Below, in pieces: positions 1 through 15,824 of a stretch of 64,000 nucleotides of DNA (position 1 is the first letter of the stretch; each line of letters starts with the position of its first letter). The position numbers and the translations under genes were made by a program. The notes beneath the pieces are model-generated. The model searched no databases and was not told the DNA's origin. It worked only from the letters and a program-made list of their open reading frames with translations. Source of the stretch: Mizuhopecten yessoensis (Eukaryota); contig NW_018404492.1 in NCBI RefSeq assembly GCF_002113885.1, forward strand, positions 4,125,609 to 4,189,608, read 5' to 3'.

Positions 1-3000
1 GATTATTTTGTGAGAGCGCAGATCGAGGCTTTCATAACCGTACTTATCCCTTTGGTTTGCTATTAGTTTCGTCTCATGGAAGCTGTTGTAACGTATAAAA
101 CCGAATAATGTCGGAATGCTCCATCACGTGAACGTGTTCAAATTTCCTATCCAATGATTTGCAAGGATTTCTAAGAGTGTTTTCTCATCATACATTACGA
201 GCCCTTGTAATTACCAAGCATTTGTCAACCCAGTTTTATATACCTCACTCAACACGATATATAGGCGCAGTGAATTATTTATTATTTTTATAGTTCGACA
301 CATCGCTCCCCCCACGTGGGCACATATAAATCTCCTAGAATTACAACTTCTGTAATATGGTCTAATTTATCGATCTCCCCTGAAGACAGCAGCCGATACA
401 ATGTCAACACCTTTCCTAGTAAAGTTCCCCTTCCCCGTGGTGCAATTAAAGTACGCATACGGAAAGCAAGTATATTAACCTTTTTTACTGTCACTCAATA
501 ACATTCCAGGCAGAAACAGTAGATACTCCACAGCTAAAAAAAATGGTAGTAAGAAACAGCGGTAACGTCACATTCTCACATCGAGATTTAGGTTTTTAAA
601 GAATGACACTGACATCACGGTAACTGTTATTGAATACGGTTATCAGCATTTGTTTAACATATACCTGTACATTGCGACATAAAAATGATAAGTACTTCGA
701 GAAAATAGTGCTCTAAATGATACTGAAATATCAAGTGACTAATTTAGGAACGGTTCAAGCTATACAGTGAAACTCCGATATTCCAGCCGCCTTCAAGCCT
801 TGTAATCATGTTTGGATTATGTCAGATCACCCAGACAAAGTTCTTAAAAAGGATGGCACGATGTAACAAGATAAAAATTACACAATTAACAATTGTAAAG
901 AACCCCGTACAAAGCCAAACACTGAAATTATGCACTTGAAACTTTTCTTTTCTGGAAGGACAGACAAACCTTGATTTTTCTTTAAATAAAAAACATGCAA
1001 CAATATGCATGAAATAAACAATAAACGTTCTGGTCAAGATGTGCTACAGTTTCATTCAGAACGAAATCAAGGGGACGTAACTATATATAAAAAGAAAGAC
1101 AAAGGGCAGTGTAGTGTGACAGAGATCCTTAATCAAATATCGAAGACGTTACATTTCGTAACGTATACATTTTCGAGTCAATTGCTAGTAAAACTGTCGC
1201 GATTTTAAATGATTATTTGCTACTTTACCTGTCGGCTTCATTCATGTCGGTTTTTTTTAATAAAAGCTGAAAAATATGTTCTCATAATTAAGTACATTAC
1301 ATTAATACATAAAATCATCAAACGATTAATTCGGATTATAAACGTGATCCCAGAATCCAATGGTCAGCTTCATAACATGGTCACATCTTTACAAAATACA
1401 CGAGTCTCAATTGCGCCACTTGACGTTAGAGCTATTCAAAATGTGCGCAATCCTTACATAGGCTATGAGAATACCACTACTCAATGATACAGTCGACTAA
1501 TGGTGAAAGTATCTTTAAAAAAAAAAACATTAAAAAAAGATGATTACTGCAGCAAGCTACTTGGAAACCATATGTTCCGTCTTTAAACACACGTTGAAAT
1601 GCAAAAATAATGTATTAGATATTCTAATATTGTACCTATATGACATTTCAAATTGAAAACTTCACTTAATTCCATGATTGTCATCAGATAACACGGAGGG
1701 CATTGTACGGGTGTCATGCTCTACCTGTTCCAGTATCCTGCTACTGCAGCTGTTGCATATATAGACCTAGACATAGATAAACATATGTACACAATATATA
1801 TTTGATTGAAGTTTTCAAAATGACTATACCAGATATCGTAAGATAACATACTAAATTGTATATAAATGGCAACAGCAGCTGGTATGAACAGCACTATCCT
1901 GTAAATCACGCCTTTTTGCGAGTGATACATTTCTGTGTTTATTCTAATGCGCTCGCGAATTCATATCTTCAGAGGATATTGATTCCACGAATATCTAACG
2001 ATTGTATTGGGAAACCATCTTATTAATCGCAAATTTAAGTTTTTTGGGAATATAAGCGAAAGGCATAGATTGCGAAAATAAGTACACGCAAAAATTAAGC
2101 CGGTAGGAATTATTTGCTTATTAAAATATTTGCGAAAATTAAGCGATTTACAGTGATGCCTGAAGGTCATGTTTATATGAAAATTATTTAGGATATAATT
2201 AGACACCGCAAAACAATCGTGTGCTAAACGTGTTATGTGTCTTGGTGTTAATCAATGTAGTAATCATGGTTTTCGTATTGCTGACGAACGTATTTTCGAG
2301 AGCGTGCAATGTAACTCTCGATCGAACGACAGTGAAGGAACATGCTCTCAACTTTATATCACTACTTGGATGCAGGTGTTACGCCTGTCGTTAAAACATT
2401 TAAAAGTTGTCTCTTCTTTGGTCCGTAATGATGTACAACAGATGTAATTCTATCCAGAATCCTAAAATGAATTTAATTCGAAAATACAGCAAATGTATTC
2501 AAAGAAATACAAAGACCTGCTCACTATATCACAACTTACCATAAAAAAATAGCCCCTTAGTTTCTTAATAGGAGTTTATGTTGTACATTAGGTAAGATGC
2601 TGAATGCTATATCGTCTCAGATCAGCACGTATAGACGTATAATGGTGGTCGTGGGATTAATGAAAACCTCGGTATAAATTAGCCATGCTCCCTTTACTAA
2701 AGATCTTCTCTCCGCCAGGGACCAATTTTCAGGCTGTTGAATTAGCTCTGTTGATTCCCTAAGAACATTCAAGAAACGGTCTTGTCCTCCAGCTGTTCAG
2801 ATGAGCCTGTATCAGCTACAATGTGGTAAATGTATGAGAGAGCTCGTCCTGCTACACAAAGATGTACACAGAGCAGCATACCGTATGAATTAATGCTGTC
2901 GGCTCTTATACGTAATCACGATATCAATCGATCTCATTTCCCAGTAATAACCGGATCAACCTATAATTCGTATGCTTAAGAAGACGGTTTCACCGGGCCA

Positions 3001-6000
3001 AGGATTAGCCTGTTGGCGACATCATTAGTAAGTTATTGAATGTGGGTTATCAATAAAATCTTCTTATTTAATGATGAAGCACCAAACCTATGATCGTCCA
3101 ATGCTGCCCTTTTGCAGTTATTTGAATCCTTGTCAGAAGGAAATATTCCATAAATGGTAAAACAATAATTCTTATACATTTTATACCGTCTGCAAGAATT
3201 TGTCTATCTCTTAATTGGAAAGGTAACATCACAAGTTCATTGTATGTGAGCAATCAAGAACGTTTATTTACTGACTCTGAAGCACGAGGTTTACCACGAT
3301 TAGTAATGATGAAGCCTGCATACTAAGCTCGCCGTTTACTTAACACCATCATTTAACGTTGACGGATGGAGACGCGTCGTCAATCTGACAAGTTGATAGA
3401 GTGGTTGTATTGTACATAGCAACAACATGAACATTCAATTAGTGACGTGTAGTTAAATGGCCTCTGTGCATACAAATGACTTACACAGACCCATAACCAC
3501 CAGATAATGGCGTATGTGGGTGTACTCGCTGTACCAGTGTACACGAAATTGCAGGATTCCACTGTAATAAGTACAGAGCAGTTTATTATATTATATATTT
3601 ATAATAAGTTATGTCTAAAATGGGAATTCAAAATCAAATACATATGTCAAAACTTGAACGGGGATGGGAAATAATGAGGAGATAATCAGCTATTTGTATT
3701 GGCGTTAAATACTGCACATCCTTACTGATGTCGACGTAGCAGGTTCTCCATGATAGAATAGTTTAGTAAGTATTCAAAATACACCAGCAATGTACATGTA
3801 ACGGGCTAGAAGTGCTACAACAATAACCAAGACCATACAAAAAGGGAAACTTGGTATGTGTTTACTAATAATTTAAATTTAAATTTAATGGTTTGAATGC
3901 AAGTCAGTTTGACTATTCTGAACTCTGTCCAGCATCTTGGGTTGAACACACTGATTGAGTAATTCATGCTTTTATAAACTCATCATTCGTGAAATTCATG
4001 ATAGTTAGAACAAACCATTGATATTGCACATGTAATGTAGCGTGTACGTAACGCGCTTAAATAACCAATACTAAATCTCAAAGACAGAATTGTTTCTAAT
4101 TAAGTACTATTATGTATATGGAAATCAAATGTTAAGATAAAAATGCTTTTATCAGTTCATTACTGGCTTTCTCTGAATATAAGGTACGAAGTAAGTTATT
4201 GGATACAGTAGCTACAATGTAAATTATTTATTGGATACAGTATCATAATTATTTCCATAGAATTTAAGGTTGTTATGATTATCGTACATGTATGCATGCA
4301 ACCCCTATCAAGTAATAATTGAAATATTTCACTCCAATCCAAGCCGTCTCTCTATTTGAATTCCGTTGTAAAACCACACGTAAAGTACAAACCAACACGT
4401 TTGAATCCATAAACATCCCTGTTCTGTACGCAATCAACTAATTATATCATCATGTTGTGATTGAAAAAATGCTATTTGTTCTTATTGACGGTTAACTAGC
4501 GTTAATAGAACTCTATGTATGCGCAGGTTGGTATGCTGGGCATGGAATTCCAATTTGTGAATACATTTATCTGTAGCTGCTATGCATGGGACCCATATAA
4601 TATCCCTAGATACGTGACCTCATTCTATCAAGCTTCAGGTAGTTTATACTTCCATGCAATGTAATACCAATAAGAACTAGGGATATATCCTAAATGTCGT
4701 GCCTTCCTGCGAAAATTAATGTTGTGTTTGCTTTGCGTAAACATACATATATTTTGTTAATAGAATGATTAAACATTCTTACTAGGATAATTGACCGGGA
4801 AGGACATGCTAGAAAAAAAGTCAGTTGAAATGCAGATTTGATAGCACACTAAAAGTTACAAATTCATTTTAGCCGCGACTATCTATATCGCCTCCCTGTC
4901 TTGGCAGGACAATTCATTTGATTGAAGTCTATACAGAATTGTATCTCCAGCACGTCGCACTAAATCTTCTATAGCCTCTATCGGAACGTCAAAATGTGAT
5001 TAGAATGACGGTGATTAATTGGGAATCCGCTGCAATCTAAAATGTGGCAAAAGTACATAAAAAATATCAGTCTAACAAATTAGATTTGAGATATCCTTAT
5101 CCGCGCTCAGGAATAGAAAGCAATAGAGTTTCTACCCGTATATATCATCTGTGGTTAACCGCCTTAGAACACATCGCGCTCCACAGTCAAGTGTTATTTA
5201 CAAATATAAGATGTATTCAACTCTATGACATGTTGGCTCGCTACGTTAGAGGTGTGAAAATGGCGATCTAAACAATTCAGAAACCTTTTATCATCGTTCT
5301 AGGCTCAAATAGCTGTTTTAAAAGCAAACATCTTGCATTGGTGAAAATAGGCGATTGTAAGAAATATACATTTCTTAGTATGTGGAGCATCTCATTTAAT
5401 ATTATTGTTTATCTAAGGCTCCTTAAGTGCATTATTTTATAAAAACCTAGTACGCTACGTAAATGAATATTGTATACGAAACCTTTAAGATTAGAATAAG
5501 CGGAAGCTCCAGTGAGGCATACACGTTTTCTGATGTACCAAGCAAAGTAAAGTTTGACAATTATTCTTTTTTACGAATAACTGGCTAAATTTACAATGCT
5601 CATATTCCCTTTTTATCTTGCAGTATTTAACATGTTAGGATGATGCATTGGCCTTGTTCTTTTAAAGCAATCAGATAGTAGTGTGTAAAGCCGTATCGAC
5701 ACTGGTAATACCAATATGGGGTCGCTGATACGGAACAGCTTTTACAGCCTCTTAATGGCTGCTGCTGCTGTAAAAATGATTCCAACGAATCAACAGTCGA
5801 TCATGGTTGGAATTGTATCATTAAACCACATCAAGTCGTACATCGTACTGTTGTAATCTTGTTCGTTATCAACCATTTAAAAAGCGTGAAAAAACTTATC
5901 TAATAACATGTGTCTTCTACAGCGTGATTTGTCAAAATAAAGTTGTGCATGTAACTATGTTGACCACATTATGTCTAAAGTCATTAGATGACAGATACTA

Positions 6001-9000
6001 TAGAATTATGAACACTTCCATACTGTGTAATGATACATATACTCTTATAGAACATAAGCATGTACCATAAAATAAAATAAAATAATAAAAATCATAATTG
6101 ATGCTTATGATTGCAATACTGAATGTATCTCCTAATGTACCTTTTACGGACCGACTCAACGTTCCATTCATTAGATAAACCATTAATATTGATATCGGTT
6201 GTATTAATCTAATCCACAAGAGGACGCTCTTTGCGATGTTTTAAAGACTGTGAAACTGCCCCGAGGCCAAGTATATGATCTGAACATGCAATGAATCATT
6301 TGCAAACATTAATTATCCTGTTCAATCGAGAGAGAGAAAAGAGAATTTGTTTATTTGCGTCTTGGTTTAAGTATGATGTTTATACCTGAAAATATATATT
6401 ATTGATAATTAAAACCAGATTTTAGTTTTATGGTGTTTCTTTTACAATTATTGCATTATCCCCCAAATTGCGTGTTTACATACATTGAAGAGGAAATGTC
6501 AGGTTAACATCAGATATATTTCTGAATATATATATGCTTGTGATAACTTTACGAATGCTTTTCTACCATTGCAAATTCGAAAAAAGAATAGACAAGCTTT
6601 ATCTCCTAGCATGATCATATGAGATGATTAATGTAAGATCCCTTCACAATGGAAATTTTATCTTAGATTTTAGTTTCATTTGCTTTGTAGATATTGGAGA
6701 CACAAAAATGTATCTGTCGCCCCTTTTATATAACCTTGGACCGTTTTTGTTATTGTTCTATGGGGAATAAAGCTGTCTTACATTAACGGGGTCGGGGTAA
6801 ACGGGTACAGGAGTGGAGAAGTAGAATCGGATGAAACACATATGATACAGTTTATTGTTGTCATTCATAATACTGTCAGGGATGTTCGGGTAATACCTGA
6901 ACATTATCGCCAATAACCTTCCATTTTCCCACTTCCTGTTTTATGGACATGTTCATGTAGGAAATAATGTATTTCTGTAATATACCATGCAATTATTCCT
7001 GAGAATTATACATAGAAGGTGAACCGGTCACGGACTGTCGATAGCCTTTCATCATATATAAACCGAATGGTTTACGAGAGGAATATCCAATTATATAAGA
7101 CATACCTAGCTACCATATCTCTTGCGATATAAAAATGGATAACAAGTAGAATGCACAAATTCAGATATATATATCTATAAAAACAAGGTTGTGTATCATC
7201 TCATTTAATACGTGCTTAATACTGTGAAAGGTTTTATGCATCAAAAACATAAAGCTATATTTTTGCATTATATTGATGATACATAGGGTTTATGATGGAA
7301 ACAAAGTGGATAGTATTACTGTCAAAACACTGATTTTTGCTAACCTCTCCCCCGTAAAGAAACAAAGTGCAGCGGCACCACATCGTTTGACGCCATTGTA
7401 TGAAGACGGTATCTACAAATAATTGGTCGTTTCAGAGAGACATCTTAAGGTAATCTCACATGAATGTTATATTTTTGACAAGGAAGAATGAAAGGTCATC
7501 AGAGCATGGTGTTCTAACAAGAAACATACGAATTATGGAGACATCCTGAACAATACAATGTGTAGGAGAGAAAAGATAGCGGCCCAAACTGCTGCAGTCA
7601 ATTATTTTAGGTAAACGTCACTTTGATAAGAAACCGTACATGTACATGTATAAACGTGAATGGGTATATAGTTTGTAGTCGTTTGATTAAGTAAAAAGCA
7701 AACAAGTTTTACGCTAGAGGGAATAACAATACCTCTGTGCTATTCTAAAGATGTTTATGGAACATTAAAAACTTAGAGAGGATGTGTACTCCACTATACT
7801 ATGGTTTTGTGTACCACAAAATGTACCGTAGTCCATGCTCCGTATATAGAAACAAATCAAAGTTTCATGCAGGCGATTGTTTTGTGGAGATTAAGATTTT
7901 AGACCGCCACACCTTGTAGAATTGGAATCTGGTACGAACACCTATGGTGGAAATTTACCCGTGTTAAGTTAGTGTGTCTACTCGAGCTAATAAGCAATGA
8001 TCTGTTGGTGGTTAATGCACTTTAGTAGATATGCACTCGGCGACTCTAGAATCATTCTCATCCGAAAAGGACCATGATCTTCCAGCAAAGATAAGACTAC
8101 TGTCTACTAACAAAAGAACACTTAATTCGTAGCGACATTGGATTCACAGAAACTCGAGACCATAACTGGTACATAGAGTCCAAGATAGCCGTTTTACGAG
8201 GATCGTAAATAGCATTTGTCTGGTAGAAACGTTTTGTATTTGATCTAGATTATGATATACTTGATACATTTGTAAACGCATATGAAAGGAGGAGACGACA
8301 TCCACCGTTTTACAAAGCTCCCTGCGCGTACTTAATTCTACAGGTTGAATACATGTATACACAAAAGGAACCTTTTCTATCATTTGGTCATTTTCGTATG
8401 CGTTCCTCTATGTACTGGTCTCAATTAGTTGCTAAACAAAAATTGAGTTAAACAATATAGTGCATATATAGCGTCTCGATAAAAGAAACTCAGAGGCAAG
8501 GATAACTTCAAAATAAAATGATATTCAAGTATATAAAAATGTAAGACTAAAAGGATAAGCATGACTGCCTGCAAAACACATAAGAAGACAAAGTATGTAA
8601 TCTCGTAGGTTAAATACATATGTAAACATGAATCCTGTAACGTCTAATCAACTCCATTGACCTCTATGATATAAGACAGGTAAGCATGTGTTAAATTATA
8701 TAACAGTTGCAAGTCAGATGACACCGTAAACTTTCTTCTGCGTAGTTTGAAGCATCAATATTTGTTATCCCTGTATACATGCATTAGTCAATACAGATTT
8801 TAATGCTGAATAATTCTTAATCTGCTCTGCACATAGCTAGAAATATGATTCAATGACTCAATGTCTATCTGTGTAAACTTGTGAACCAAAAAAGCAAAGC
8901 AATATCGTACGTTGAGATGTTGGTTGTTTTGCACTTGAAAATATTTCGTGAAATGACAATCATCGAGAATATTATATTGCACGTTAGTTCTAAACCAGAT

Positions 9001-12000
9001 TTACATATCCCCCATAACGCCTTCCATTCATCGATCTAGAACAAAGCTAATACTGTACATGCTATAACATCCATATTCTAATTACAATGTAAATATCATA
9101 CATTTGTGTTCTCGTTCAAGCAAATGTCAGGAAAGCCAAGAGGCATGCGGAATGACTTCATTTCTATATCTTAACGCCCATCGCCTTGTACTAAAACATT
9201 AGTGTTAGCCTTCTAATATCACATGTTAATTTGTATGTCATTAAGCTGTCCGAGTTATCGGTGATATACGTGTACATCTCTGTTCGATAACAAGTCCCAG
9301 CGCATTAAAATGTCGGATTTATGGTGTTAAACTGCTCTCAGCCACTGAATTATCTGCAGCAAAAGCATTAGAGGCTAGCTATAAGTATTCATAAAATTTA
9401 TCTTGTCCGCTTTTTGTAACCACACATATACAAATAGGCTGCTGATAGAGATCAGAACTGCCTGATGTATCTTACATACACAGTCAAGACATATCTGGCC
9501 TAAGAAACGTTTTTTTCTATCATCATGATCCTTAAGAAAACCATAGCACACTCAATATAGTTATATTGATATTTTGTCAAGAATTCCCTTTTTTCATATT
9601 CATGTTTATCTAGTCATGTACATTAGGCGTGCTTGATTTGATTTCTCAGGAAGCAGTTTGATAATGTTTACTTTCACATAAAATCAAGTTTCCAATACTA
9701 CAATGCAATGTTTTACAGGACGTCACGTCGACGTGTACGCAAATACCTTTATTGATATGTACTTCTTGACATTCCTGAAAATGGAAGTTGATTGCACGCG
9801 TTTCCTGATAAGGCAGATATATTTGTTGCTCCAGAAGTTTTAATAATGGGTTATAATTCTAGTCTCTAACACCTAATACCCACTCTCTCACTAAGTGCAC
9901 TTCGAACACATCTAGTACAACAGAACGGACGTTTTAGTATATCTGAATACCCAGTGCTGTGGCACTACATTTCCTGTATACTTGTATATTAACAATGCGG
10001 GAAGCCCGTACGGGATGTTAGTAAGGTTTTATCATCTGCGTAAATACAATTACACCTAAATCAATAACGCAAATTAAGATAGACGGGTTCCGCGCTGGAT
10101 CCCGTCAAATGACAATGATGTGGCGTAGCATTCGATTCCTATGTGAAAGCGTATAAGGTTATTGGGGAAGGGGGCAATCTCCTACACGAATGTAGAAACG
10201 CCAACGGGGCCTTTTGAATTTGTGGATTACAATTTGTAATAACGAAATATTCCATGTCTGGAAAACACATCGATTGTTAATATTGCCCTTTTATCAAATG
10301 AACGGGAAAGAACTACTTGAGCACTCCGGTTTTCCTCTGTTATTCCTTGTGTTACAAGTGGTGCCCAACGCCTTTTTCGTCTCAGAAAATCTAGGATACT
10401 GTACAATAACATTGCCTTTCACTTGTTTCGTCTCCACGCCTCCCTCTGGTAATAATGACAACGTGGAGTTTGATATTTCGGGTTATTGGCAGATTATTGG
10501 TTTAACTTTATTGCCTCTTCGCCATATCCTTCATTAATATGTCAGTAATAAATAGTTCAGACCTCGTATTTAAGAATGAATTAGCGGATGAATTTCATAT
10601 TCCCTTTTTTTGTTTTGTTACACGAAACAAAATATTCAAAAAGTACAGTGAATAGTTTCCCTATAACAGTTTTAGACAGAGTATGAGGCTACAAATAACG
10701 AAGTCTATTCACCAAGTGTTATACGGTATGTGTTGTAATGTTACTTACATTTCAACTTTATCTGATCAGTTTCTTTGTTTTCTTCTGAATATTCTGGTAA
10801 ATGAAATTTGTTTTTTGGAAATTTGCATACTGTAAACAACGACATGTTTATAATGAAAGAATGGTTATTCTGCCTGGTAGGAAGAAATATTTTCCACTTA
10901 TATAATAAATGTAAACGGTTTTATGAATCAAACACCCCTGTCCTCTCCTAATCAATGCCAGCTCTGATTATAAGGCTTTAACTTCAATTTTTTTAAGACG
11001 CTATACGCGGACTAGGCTTGGAATTATTCCTTTTTATTACATTTGGCGCCATTTTAGTTTTGCATCTCAATCTCTTGCTTTGGAATTGACGAGCGTTATT
11101 GCCTTACGTAATATCCTCTTTGTGATAAGAGGGAGAAATATCCACCGGTGCTACAATAATGTTTCCACGAATTAATTAACTACACCCACCTAGGGTAGTA
11201 TATGTGCTTACCCCTCTGTTCCTTGTAAATAGAATCATTTATCCGTGAATATTTCAAGTATCCGAATTATAAAATTTAGCGCGACATGTTTTCTCTTCAC
11301 AATCCTCCTTGTACGGGTGTTTTTGAAGATGTTCAGGCATGAGATTAATTAAAGATACAATCATATTTCAATAAGTCAAATACATCAAGCACATCAAGAC
11401 GGCCAGTATTTCGCCGTACCTAACAAAACATTGAGCATGAGCATTTTCAAGACGCAAAACCAGAGAGAAAATATATCGTAAAAGATTATTGGTAATATTC
11501 ATTGTTATCGATTCAATATAGATTTTTGGCAATATTTAGGATACGTTTACCGTTCTCAACAGTTTTCACTCTGAACTGGTGAAGTTTATCAATGAAATCG
11601 AAATGCAAAAAATAAGGGCGAACAAAATGGTATATTTAGGAAATGTAACCGACAGTCAACAAAACATTCAGGACATTTTCACCGACATTATAATCACCTT
11701 GTAACAATGAATAGGTCATTTGAACCATTATAATTAATCGTGACACAAGTGTACAATCGTTGAAAACAGGTAACTCATATACATGTACGTTTTAATTGGT
11801 GTTAATGAAAGGCATCCGTATTCCTACATCACCACTCTGTCCGAAATAATCCATTTTCTCCAGTCGTTTCCATTTACTACATACACCTGTACCTATATAA
11901 CCATCTGACGAAATATTGATTGATAGCATCCATAGGTGTTGACCTCCAAGGAGGTTACGTCAGCGATACCAGCAGGATGACTTTATCAAACATACAAAAA

Positions 12001-12607
12001 CGCTCAAACTAGCCATTTTCTGTCTGACATTGTCTCCCTAGAGTACGGGAATGTGCTAAAGGAATGCTTGGTCAGACGCAGTCCATTCAGTAACAAATTA
12101 GTAAGCGATGATTCCGATGTAGTTCTAATTGGTTAACGGTCGTACAGCGTGACACGTGACTATAAGGAACCGATCCCTAAAAGTATAACCCGTTCTTGTT
12201 ACATGTGATCAATACCGCTACATGTAAAATGTCGAACCCAGCACGGCCATATACTGTAACACACCTATCGGGGTGAGATTATTAAACACTGGGATAAACG
12301 CTTATATTGCGTTCTACGTTAAATATATTCATATATCTTTACACATTTTTAAAGAAAGAATATAATTGAATCGGATGACATGGTACATTGTTACAACTGT
12401 CCAAATATGAACTCAGCATTGTTTTTGTAGTAAATATAAAATTGTGATATGATTGTGATTAATTACATCACGGGTATTCACTGATTCGTTAACACTTATC
12501 TGGTGTTTTACAGTTTGTGTTGAAACAGTACAAAGTTGCAGTAGAGAATGTTGTTTAAAAACCTACATGCAAGACTGATATTACTGCATTACGTAATTAA
12601 CCGTTAT

Positions 12608-12652
12608 GCATTATGTGACATGTAGCATTATGTGACATGTAGCATTATGTGA
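12608..12652. repeat. 17-bp tandem repeat (GCATTATGTGACATGTA x ~2.6)
   Basis: Two exact units plus a partial third read directly. Confidence 0.9.
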
Positions 12653-15534
12653 TATCGTGAAATTGTGATTTTTTTCTTTGGTGTCTAGTGTCCATACAGC
12701 AGCCAAGTTCCTATTACGACATGACACATCGTTAATAAACAAACATCCATTGTTTAGTATATACAAACACTACTGTAAAACTAGAGCATATATAAATACA
12801 CAACACACAAGGCATACAGTGAAATCTGTAAAGTCATTAGTTAGGCAACTTTTGGACTACATTTACTATTGCTATACGTACTTCTTTGAACTACAATTGT
12901 GTTTTATACAAGTAGCGAAGTACAGTTTTTCTGCTAACATACACACATAACTTAATAAGTACACGTACACTTACACAAAGTGTGGCTATTTTACTGATTA
13001 TGATACTAATCTATTAATCTGATTGAACAAAAAGTGGATGAGGCGATGTGGGCCTTTGAAGATAGGTGGCTGCAGTATATGCATTTTCTGTGCCTTTTTT
13101 TATCAAAGGAAATTCATCGTACGCGACCATTTTAGTACGACGTAATGACTTATTTGCATTAAGACATCAACATCAATGTTAAGTTTATATTTGTTGAGTA
13201 CTGACGACTAGATACGGGGTGTACTGAGTCAACGGGTTGTAGATTAGAAATTTCAGCGAGGGACATAAGAAATAGACTTGCAGCTAGTGGAGAGTGCAAA
13301 ACATACGAATATTGGAGATCGTTAAAACACAGAACTCATCCATGATGTATTTGGCCTATATCCATGTCGTTAAGGTGTTTGTACATGAATACAAAGATAT
13401 CTTTTCAGGATTAGCTGTGCTTAGTTTTTAAGTCAAACACGCCACATGGCGTTCTGTTCTGTGGCGTTTATGTGAAATATACATAGTGTCATACACGTAC
13501 ATTTTTATTATCATAATGTTACAGGTATTAGAGAGAGCAGCATTACCAACAACCATGCATAAGCAGGGGACGTACACTGTATCCACATATCCGGAATTTC
13601 GTTCACTCATCTTTCTATATTTATATACATACCAGATGTATTTCCGGTGTCAACACGATTGCTAGTCAGATCATTATACATGTTTTACTGTTAATGATAT
13701 GTAACTGGACCCGCACTACTACCATTCTGGTCGTTTTAATTATATTCTCCCCTCTGTCATCTCATAACGGCTATCTTTTAGGCAGTACATGTGTCTGGAG
13801 TTAAATGCAGACATTTACTGACATCACTCTAAAACAATTACACAATGATAGGCATTAAGATTCCTTAACGAGCTGTGATATTGGGTCTATGATTTTTTAC
13901 CACACTTGCATGATGTTGACTACTTTGACTGCCTATATATATCATTGTCATTACTTGTACACACACTTTGAAATGTCACACAGAGAATAACGCATCAATG
14001 TATATTACATACGCTCTGATGTCTAATTGGGTAATTAAATCGTTAAACAATTTTAGGGCGACAACGGAATGAAATAACACTCACCGGAAGTAACGTCACA
14101 GACAGAAAAAAGGGTGTAACGTACATGCGAGGTTATTCGAGCCGTGTGACCTTAATGATAATACATCATTTCGCAGGTTTGTTTTCTAGCCACGATATCT
14201 GACTACGATTGTTTCTCTTTAGTGGTGCAAAGCGTTGATCCTACATGTCATTACTAGTATGTACCTGCTAAACCAAACTAAGCTACTATTCGAAAAATCA
14301 ATAAAACCCCAAGCCACTTTTTTTTCGATAAAAAAAAGTAGTACTTTGGTCGTAAACAGCATTGTTCTGCCCGCATAATTTGCATTCAAAGAGTGTTATG
14401 TGCTGGTATATGAATAATATATAGCGGTATGATTGATTGCGGTGTTGCGTGTATAAATCATCTTTACTCCCGCAAAAATGGGATTAACCCTGCCTGGTCT
14501 AAAAATGCGAGTTCAGGGACAGCATTGCTCTCCCACTAATCGACTAATAGCATTTCGCAGTTTGTGTATCTAACTCTAATCAATCCTATTGGGTCAGATC
14601 ATGAAGACAAATTTATACAAAAACGCCCCCCCAACCTGGTTATGTGGACCTCAAGTTTCAAAGACTGTGACTATGTCAAATATATAGGAGAAGTCAATTG
14701 GCATACATGTACTAGATCTCACATGAGGTGTGGGGTTAAAGACGCACCCTGACACTACCTGCGTCACTCTACCTTAATAAAAGGTATATTTGGTTATCCA
14801 ACAGGAAAAAGCTCGATACCGCGAGTAACATTAAGTTAAATCATTCCTGGTTTACGATCGATGGAGACTAGTACTTATTTTGGATTGGAATCAAGATTAC
14901 ATCTGGGAATGTATGTTAATTGTGTTCCAGCGTTACTTTGACACAGTGCTCACATATATCTTAGAGAGACTCTTGCGATACTGGGTCCATACACTTAACA
15001 CGCCTGCTACATACACTTCATACTCAAAACAATTACATCCAGTTGTTAAAATCAATAAATGCGTCGAGTGAGATTTTCGTCAGGAAATTAAATTATTTTT
15101 TCATCTTGATATATTATACTCTGGTCAGATCTAAAGACGAAAGCCTCTATCATATAGTGGTACAGTACATTCCTGCCATGCTTTTTCATGTATCACCTAA
15201 TAAATGGAACATGTATGCACGCACGCAAGTACAATTAATCTTTAAATCAAGACAGGAAATACATACGATTTTCTGAGGAGAAAAAGGACTTTTTACGCCT
15301 GGACGATAAACCATACATGCACGTATAATACACTAGGTGCAGATTTAAGACCGAACGATATACAAAACTACAGTACATTATATGTACACATGAATAATAC
15401 GCACACACACGCAAACATAATTTAACATCTAAGCAAGGAACGAGACATTACTTGTGGGAAACCATTAACGCATGCATGATATACAAGATATGTATATATG
15501 AACAGAAAATATATCGTATACGCATTGACAATCA

Positions 15535-15824
15535 CGGACAATGTACGACCGGGCGATAAAAAAGGACACTCAGACGATGTACGACCGGACGATAAAAAAG
15601 GACACTCGGACGATGTATGACCGGACGATAAAAAAGGACACTTGGACGATGTACGACCGGACGATAAAAAAGGACACTCGGACGATGTATGACCGGACGA
15701 TAAAAAAGGACACTCGGACGATGTACGACCGGACGATAAAAAAATGGACACTCGGACGATGTACGACCGGACGATAAAAAAGGACACTCGGACGATACAC
15801 AACCGGACGATAAAAAAGACGCAT
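15535..15824. repeat. 36-bp minisatellite, 8 copies (consensus CGGACGATGTACGACCGGACGATAAAAAAGGACACT)
   Basis: Units start at 15535, 15571, 15607, 15643, 15679, 15715 (38 bp), 15753, 15789; degenerate tail to ~15852. Explains all overlapping repetitive ORFs at 15422-15871. Confidence 0.97.

Noticed and set aside
1721-1930. Hydrophobic membrane-protein-like ORF
   Set aside because: Weak splice signals; no family recognised
6869-6888. miR-8-like TAATACTGTCAGG
   Set aside because: Only 13 nt match and no complementary 5' arm
7436-7449. Microexon TTTCAG|AGAGACATCTTAAG|GTAATC
   Set aside because: 14 nt (frame-shifting) and weak pyrimidine tract
15535-15824. CRISPR-like array (36-bp repeats)
   Set aside because: Repeats are head-to-tail with no unique spacers; eukaryotic context; no cas genes
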